A stretch of 64,000 nt of DNA from a candidate division FCPU426 bacterium (GTDB lineage Bacteria > Oederibacteriota > PGYV01 > Palsa-1178): contig CAWIXE010000001.1 in NCBI GenBank assembly GCA_963840035.1, positions 1 to 64,000 on the forward strand. The letters run 5' to 3'. This document shows positions 59,489 through 64,000 of this stretch, one piece after another. The translations under genes and the position numbers were made by a program. The first letter of the stretch is position 1. Every line of letters starts with the position of its first letter. The notes beneath the pieces are model-generated. The model was not told the DNA's origin and searched no databases. It saw only the letters and a program-made list of their open reading frames with translations.

Positions 59489-60099
59489 TATTTTCCTCTT
59501 TCAGCCAGCATTAAGAATATTGGATACTCTTTATTGTCCCTTTTAACCTTATAGGCTGTTGAAAACCTTATTTTATCAAATCCGGCATTTTTAAAAATTA
59601 CCGCGAGTTTATCCCTGTCAAATCCGCTGTGTTTTACGCCCATTGAGTTGGATTTTGCGTGGAATGTGCCGTCCTCTTTTTCCAGGTCTGCAATGGCGGC
59701 CTGTCCGCCCGGCTTTAGCATTCTATAAATAACGCCTGCAAATTTTTCCGTATCCTCCACATGGTGCATGGACATGGAACTTACAATAACATCCACGGGA
59801 CTGACCGCGTTTTTGTCATTTTCTATATCATAAAACACCGCGTCTGCATTTTTAATTTCCCCGTGGGATATTTTTTCCTTAAGTTCATCTATCATGCCCT
59901 GTGAACTGTCCAGCCCTGTTATGCTCTTTACTTTTTTCGCTATCTCAAGCGTTATAAGCCCGGTGCCCGCCCCGATATCTATGGCCGTCATTTTTTTATC
60001 AAGTTTTAAACCTGCAAGCATGCAAAGCAGGATGTTATTAGCCAGCTTTACCCTGTCAGGTTTATCCCATTCTTTTGCCCTATTGTCAAACGTGCTCAT
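59488..60099 (-). CDS. Class I SAM-dependent methyltransferase
   Basis: FD..A..WD, DIGAGTG, SMSMHH, LKPGG. Confidence 0.9.
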   Translation of the reverse strand: MSTFDNRAKEWDKPDRVKLANNILLCMLAGLKLDKKMTAIDIGAGTGLITLEIAKKVKSITGLDSSQGMIDELKEKISHGEIKNADAVFYDIENDKNAVSPVDVIVSSMSMHHVEDTEKFAGVIYRMLKPGGQAAIADLEKEDGTFHAKSNSMGVKHSGFDRDKLAVIFKNAGFDKIRFSTAYKVKRDNKEYPIFLMLAERGK

Positions 60100-60427
60100 G
60101 ACTCCCCCTTTTTTTCAGCGAAAGCCCGTTTCTTCCGAATACCACAGGGCCGTCGCATGTTATCACTATCGCCTTGCCGTGGATCAGGCAGTCAGCCACC
60201 TTTTTCCTGCCCTGTTCCAGTATCCTTCCGAATGTCTGCCTGGAAACACCCATTTTTTTTGCTGCGTGTTCATGGTAGTCCCCGCCGTAATCAGCCAGCC
60301 TAATGGCTTCAAATTCGTCGGCTTTCAGTTTTATTTTTTCAATATCACAGGACGGTATGCCGGCAGGCTTAAAATAATATTCATTGGCTTTCCTGCATAC
60401 GCACCTTTTTTTTAACGGCCTTGCCAT
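60086..60427 (-). CDS. DUF134 (UPF0251) HTH protein
   Basis: MARP, FKPAG, DEFEAIRLAD, MGVSRQTFGRIL, RKKVAD. Confidence 0.92.
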   Translation of the reverse strand: MARPLKKRCVCRKANEYYFKPAGIPSCDIEKIKLKADEFEAIRLADYGGDYHEHAAKKMGVSRQTFGRILEQGRKKVADCLIHGKAIVITCDGPVVFGRNGLSLKKRGSHEHV

Positions 60428-60439
60428 AAACCACCCCTT

Positions 60440-60835
60440 TTATTTATTCTTACCGCATTTGCACTCATGGCCTTCGCCGTGTGTGTGCCCTTCTTCATGC
60501 CCTCCGTGCCCGCCGCAGCATTCTCCTGCGGATTCAAGTTTTCCGGAAATAAAAAGCTTTAACGCCTCATTAACCCCGCACTTGATCCCGCTGATGATCT
60601 TTATTCCTGCCGCTTCGAGTGCGCTTACGGCTCCCTGTCCGATGCCGCCTGTTATCAGCACGTCAGCGCCTGCCGAAAGCAAAAATCCGGCCAGCGCGTC
60701 GTGGCCCTGTGCTGACCTCTCAATATCCTGCTTACTGATTACCTTACTGCCGTCTATTTCCGCCACACAAAACACAGGCGTCCTTCCAAAATGCTGCGAT
60801 ACGTTTGTTCCTTCAACTGCGATAACAACCTTCAT
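60440..60835 (-). CDS. NifB/NifX-family FeMo-cofactor-binding-like protein with His-rich tail
   Basis: VSQHFGR, ITGGIG..A, tail CCGGHGGHEEGHTHGEGHECKC. Confidence 0.88.
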   Translation of the reverse strand: MKVVIAVEGTNVSQHFGRTPVFCVAEIDGSKVISKQDIERSAQGHDALAGFLLSAGADVLITGGIGQGAVSALEAAGIKIISGIKCGVNEALKLFISGKLESAGECCGGHGGHEEGHTHGEGHECKCGKNK

Positions 60836-60851
60836 TTGAGCCTCCGAATTT

Positions 60852-61211
60852 TTATTTTGCGAATAAATATTTTAACGAAATAAGAAGCAACACAACCCCG
60901 AAAACCTTCTGCAGCAAAACCGCATTCATGGGTATTGCAAATTTTGTCCCTATCAGCGAGCCTATTATAAAAGCGGCCGCTATAATGACAGCGGCTTTTA
61001 TATCAACAAATCCGGCTTTATAATAAGCGTATGCCGCAAAAAAACCTATGGGCGGCACGAGCAGCGCCAGGGTTGTCCCCTGTGCCGAATGCTGGCTGAA
61101 ACCGAACAGATAAACAAGGGCGGGAATTATTATAATACCTCCCCCGATGCCCATAAAACCGCTTAAAACACCTGCCGCTATCCCGAGAAATGCCAATCCC
61201 ATTACCTGCAT
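60852..61211 (-). CDS. TauE/SafE (TSUP) family half-size transporter
   Basis: AGVLSGFMGIGGG..P..HSAQGTTL. Confidence 0.88.
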   Translation of the reverse strand: MQVMGLAFLGIAAGVLSGFMGIGGGIIIIPALVYLFGFSQHSAQGTTLALLVPPIGFFAAYAYYKAGFVDIKAAVIIAAAFIIGSLIGTKFAIPMNAVLLQKVFGVVLLLISLKYLFAK

Positions 61212-61279
61212 ATTCCCTCCTTTTTGCCTGAGCGTATTAAAAAAGCATAAAACCGGCGATATTTTTTAATAAAGCCCAT

Positions 61280-61319
61280 AAAAGGCTATAGCCGCGCAAT
61301 CACGCGGCTATAGCCTTTT
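61280..61319. terminator. Bidirectional rho-independent terminator-like hairpin
   Basis: aaaaggctatagccgcg-caatca-cgcggctatagcctttt. Confidence 0.8.
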
Positions 61320-61323
61320 ATGT

Positions 61324-61524
61324 TTATTTTTTCCCTTTATTTGTTGATATTCCGAACGGCATGTACAACAGGCAAAAGCCTGTCGCTCCCGTAAAAAGAG
61401 CGATGCCTCCCAGCACCCATAGCACTATGGCTACTGTGCCCTGCGTAAAAAATCCTCCGGCCACGAGCCCTGCGCCGATTATGAGCCTTATAATCCTGTC
61501 AATTTTTCCTTCATTTGCTTTCAT
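61324..61524 (-). CDS. DUF2892 (YgaP-like) membrane protein
   Basis: NEG..DR..R..G, TG..GFCLLY.PFGIST; start at ATG 61524 behind GGAGGAGG. Confidence 0.88.
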   Translation of the reverse strand: MKANEGKIDRIIRLIIGAGLVAGGFFTQGTVAIVLWVLGGIALFTGATGFCLLYMPFGISTNKGKK

Positions 61525-61570
61525 GTATAACACCTCCTCCCCGATAATGCTTATATTCCGCACCGTATAG

Positions 61571-61615
61571 TTATGAGCATATGCCAATAATACCCCCGGA
61601 ATTCCGTTTTGTCAA
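61571..61615 (-). promoter_or_regulatory. Sigma-70 promoter with palindromic operator
   Basis: TTGACA-N17-TATTAT; the near-palindrome TTATGAGCATATGCCAATAA (61571-61590) overlaps -10/+1. Confidence 0.7.
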
Positions 61616-61783
61616 CTACTTTTCATTTATTATTTCAAGCATCCTGAGCTCGCGCGGCGCGCGAAAGAAGCCGGGATACCGGATGCATTCATGACCGGCC
61701 TCGCGAAGCGCTATCAGCGCCTTGTATGCGTACCTTTCAGGTTTATGGCTTGCCCCGAGTATGGCTACTTTTTCTTTTTTCAT
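61616..61783 (-). pseudogene. Truncated CoA-binding (YccU-like) protein
   Basis: Hand translation MKKEKVAILGASHKPERYAYKAL..GH, then unrelated sequence and a stop at 55 aa. Confidence 0.75.
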
Positions 61784-61792
61784 CCAATCTCC

Positions 61793-61948
61793 TTATATGC
61801 CGGCGCCGGATGTCTTTGACCCGCACTGCAGGCATTCTTCAAAATCTCCCTTTACAAAACCCGCCATGGCGTTTTCAACAGTCGCATGCCGCGTAAAATA
61901 GGTTCTTATCCCGTAACTATCGAGCATTTTAGCTATCCTCGGGATCAT
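61793..61948 (-). pseudogene. C-terminal fragment of a NifB/NifX-family protein
   Basis: GMIPRIAKMLDSYGI..TVENAMAGFVKG; the N-terminal HFG motif is absent. Confidence 0.5.
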
Positions 61949-61960
61949 ACCTAATATTGT

Positions 61961-62308
61961 TTATGCAATATGAGGCTTAATTAATTTTTCAATGTACTGT
62001 TTCGGCACTCCGCCGACAAGCCTGTCCACTTCTTTTCCGTTCTTAAATAACGCCAGGGTCGGGATGGACTGGACCATGTTTTTCATGGCTGTTTCCTGCG
62101 CCGCGTCCACATTCACCTTGCAGACCTTTATCTTACCCGCGTATTCTTCGGCGATTTGTTTTACTGTCGGTCCGATTGCCAGACACGGGCCGCACCAGGC
62201 TGCCCAGAAATCCACCAGCACCGGCAGTTCGGAATCAACCACTTCTTTCTTAAAATTTGAATCATTAACTTCCACTTCCGCGCATGTTTCCTTGTCATTT
62301 GTTTTCAT
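61961..62308 (-). CDS. trxA: Thioredoxin
   Basis: VLVDFWAAWCGPC, KVNVD, SIPTL; start at ATG 62308. Confidence 0.93.
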   Translation of the reverse strand: MKTNDKETCAEVEVNDSNFKKEVVDSELPVLVDFWAAWCGPCLAIGPTVKQIAEEYAGKIKVCKVNVDAAQETAMKNMVQSIPTLALFKNGKEVDRLVGGVPKQYIEKLIKPHIA

Positions 62309-62759
62309 TGTAATCCTCCTGAAAAGTCTCCGCCGGCCTGTAGCCGGTGTAGTATTTTGCAATCCTGCCTTTTTTATCTATTACAAAGGTCGTCGGTATT
62401 CCCCTGACTCCGCCGTAAGCGTATACCATTTCTTCCGTGGCGATGCCTACCGGATAAGTAACCTTATTTTCCTTTACAAACTTCGCCACCTTTTTCGGCT
62501 CGTCAACAGCCGCGCCTATGATTACCAGGCCTTCTTCTTTATGTTTGTTATACAGGGCGACAAAATCCGGTATCTCAGCCTTGCACGGCGGGCACCAGGT
62601 GGCCCAGAAATCAAGGATAACAACCTTTCCTTTATAATCTGAAAGGGAGATAACGCTTCCGTCGAGCGCCTTCATCTTAAAATCAGGCGCTGCCTGGCTG
62701 CCTGAACCTGAAACAAATATCCCGGCCGCGATGGCCAGCATTACAAGTATTTTTTTCAT
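62295..62759 (-). CDS. TlpA/ResA-like thiol-disulfide oxidoreductase
   Basis: Signal anchor, APDF, FWATWCPPC..EIP, GIPTTFVID. Confidence 0.92.
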   Translation of the reverse strand: MKKILVMLAIAAGIFVSGSGSQAAPDFKMKALDGSVISLSDYKGKVVILDFWATWCPPCKAEIPDFVALYNKHKEEGLVIIGAAVDEPKKVAKFVKENKVTYPVGIATEEMVYAYGGVRGIPTTFVIDKKGRIAKYYTGYRPAETFQEDYNENK

Positions 62760-62769
62760 AAACCCTCCT

Positions 62770-62994
62770 TTAAAACCCGAACATTTTCGCGAATGAAGGT
62801 GTCTGCCTGTTGACCTTTATGGCGCCAACCTTGCATACCCTCATGCATCCCGCGAGCCGGTCACAGGCTTTATCATTTGAAACCTTTGCTGTCTTTGTAG
62901 TTTTATCAATGTACAATATCTGAGCCGGGCACATTTTAACGCACGCACCGCATCCGGTGCACAACTGCTGGTCTATTTCCACTAATTTTTCCAT
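62770..62994 (-). CDS. 2x[4Fe-4S] ferredoxin-like protein
   Basis: CTGCGACVKMCP and CDRLAGCMRVC (second motif atypical). Confidence 0.85.
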   Translation of the reverse strand: MEKLVEIDQQLCTGCGACVKMCPAQILYIDKTTKTAKVSNDKACDRLAGCMRVCKVGAIKVNRQTPSFAKMFGF

Positions 62995-63203
62995 TACTTT
63001 ACATCCTCCTTTTTTACAGGGGCTTTAACCGCGCACGCGTTGAATGGGCATGAATTTGATAACGCGGTAAAAAGCAGTCCCCCGCCGAATCCAAACAGCA
63101 CCATTGAAAATCCGCCTTTAATCATAAAACCCGCTGCAAACAAAGACGCCCCGAGTACTGCCCTTATATACCTGTCAAATCTCCAGCCCTTAAAATAATC
63201 CAT
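62994..63203 (-). CDS. DUF2892-like small membrane protein
   Basis: DRYIR..LG..TALSNSCPFNAC; start at ATG 63203. Confidence 0.6.
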   Translation of the reverse strand: MDYFKGWRFDRYIRAVLGASLFAAGFMIKGGFSMVLFGFGGGLLFTALSNSCPFNACAVKAPVKKEDVK

Positions 63204-63216
63204 GTTTTTTCTCCCT

Positions 63217-63501
63217 TTATGCCATGCAATGGCAGTTAACATTTTCACTTCTGACTATGAAGCCACCCAAATCAAAATCCACCTCAGCCGCTGAAATATC
63301 CGGGAATGAAAAAGGTTCCGTGAAGATCTTTACTTTACCTTCATAAACCAGCATGTCGCCCTTCTTTTTACCGGATGGTTCAAAAGACACGGTGTCGCTG
63401 CAGCAGCTTCTGTATACGGTAATCCTTACAGAATCCTTTGTTTTATTTCCTTTTTTTGATAGCTTTAAAAGTTCAGCAATTGCCTTATCAGTTACTTTCA
63501 T
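63217..63501 (-). CDS. HesB/IscA-like protein
   Basis: MKVTDKA..VRI..SCC..GD..VDF..GF..CHC. Confidence 0.65.
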   Translation of the reverse strand: MKVTDKAIAELLKLSKKGNKTKDSVRITVYRSCCSDTVSFEPSGKKKGDMLVYEGKVKIFTEPFSFPDISAAEVDFDLGGFIVRSENVNCHCMA

Positions 63502-63502
63502 C

Positions 63503-63844
63503 CTATTTCCCCTTTCTTTTTACTATCATTTCCAGGTTTTTTCTGTCCTTTGTTATCAGTTCCTCATCGTGAAGCCATTTTTTTATCACTTTGAGCACAT
63601 CCCCGCAGCACTGCTCGGCTGTCTGCCCGTTTATGGAGTAATATATCCATTTTTTATCCCGCCTGTCCGTTACCAGGCCGCACTCCTTAAGAATGTTAAG
63701 GTTGCGCGAAGCGCGCGTCTGGGATATTCCCATGGCTTTCATCAGGTCGCAAACGCACACTTCCCCGCCGGTTTCCAGGAGCTTAATCATCCTGATGCGC
63801 GTTTCGTCGCTTAGGGCGCTGAAGACTTTTACTGCTTTTTTCAT
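63503..63844 (-). CDS. ArsR family regulator
   Basis: FSALSDETRIR, EVCVCDL, SQ..SR.L, WIYY. Confidence 0.92.
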   Translation of the reverse strand: MKKAVKVFSALSDETRIRMIKLLETGGEVCVCDLMKAMGISQTRASRNLNILKECGLVTDRRDKKWIYYSINGQTAEQCCGDVLKVIKKWLHDEELITKDRKNLEMIVKRKGK

Positions 63845-63870
63845 GTGAACCTCCGGTTCGTTTGAGTTTC

Positions 63871-63944
63871 AGAGACAAGAGACTGGAGACTGGAGTAAAC
63901 CTTTATGTTCTCCTGCTTTACTCTTGTCTCCAATCTCCTGTCTG
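63871..63944. repeat. Heptamer-periodic inverted-repeat element (GAGAC type)
   Basis: agagaca agagact ggagact ggag..ctcttgtctccaatctcctgtct. Confidence 0.7.
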
Positions 63945-64000
63945 CCTTCAACTCTTTCTTTTCATATGCACATATCCGCATATATAAATATATCAGAACC

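Noticed and set aside
60440..60835. Nitrogen fixation gene
   Set aside because: NifB/NifX-like domains are common outside diazotrophs and no nifHDK is present.
1..64000. tRNA or rRNA genes
   Set aside because: No cloverleaf with T-loop GTTCRA in an intergenic region and no rRNA-like stretch was recognised.

Overview
64 kb of a diderm, probably anaerobic bacterium. Essentially every real gene is on the minus strand. The PT-linker/CBM3/FlgD-T9SS-like secreted proteins resemble those of candidate lineages such as Goldbacteria (inference, not tested). Left to right: two modular secreted CBM3 proteins (1-5277); a rubredoxin missed by the ORF track; a REP-associated tyrosine transposase with a ~7-unit 106-bp BIME-like array; recQ; an AlbA_2/HATPase regulator; a copper/redox block (copA, copZ, msrB, osmC, cusA/cusB/TolC, ZAS anti-sigma, ECF sigma); a DOMON/porin/ankyrin operon bracketed by two related C-rich-loop hairpins, one behind a sigma-54 promoter; an ArsR-TusA-MvhD-HdrA-HdrA-HTH-QmoC-DsrE-DsrE cluster without aprAB; a trehalose/DUF1646 operon behind a likely Na+ riboswitch; a P-type H+-ATPase, ABC permeases, xfp, pgm and tal with a deletion scar; and a DUF134/NifX/TSUP/thioredoxin block. 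Intergenic DNA carries at least two dispersed repeat classes, GTAG-REPs and 7-nt-periodic hairpins, and one REP sits in frame inside hdrA. All calls come from reading motifs by eye; no searches were run.
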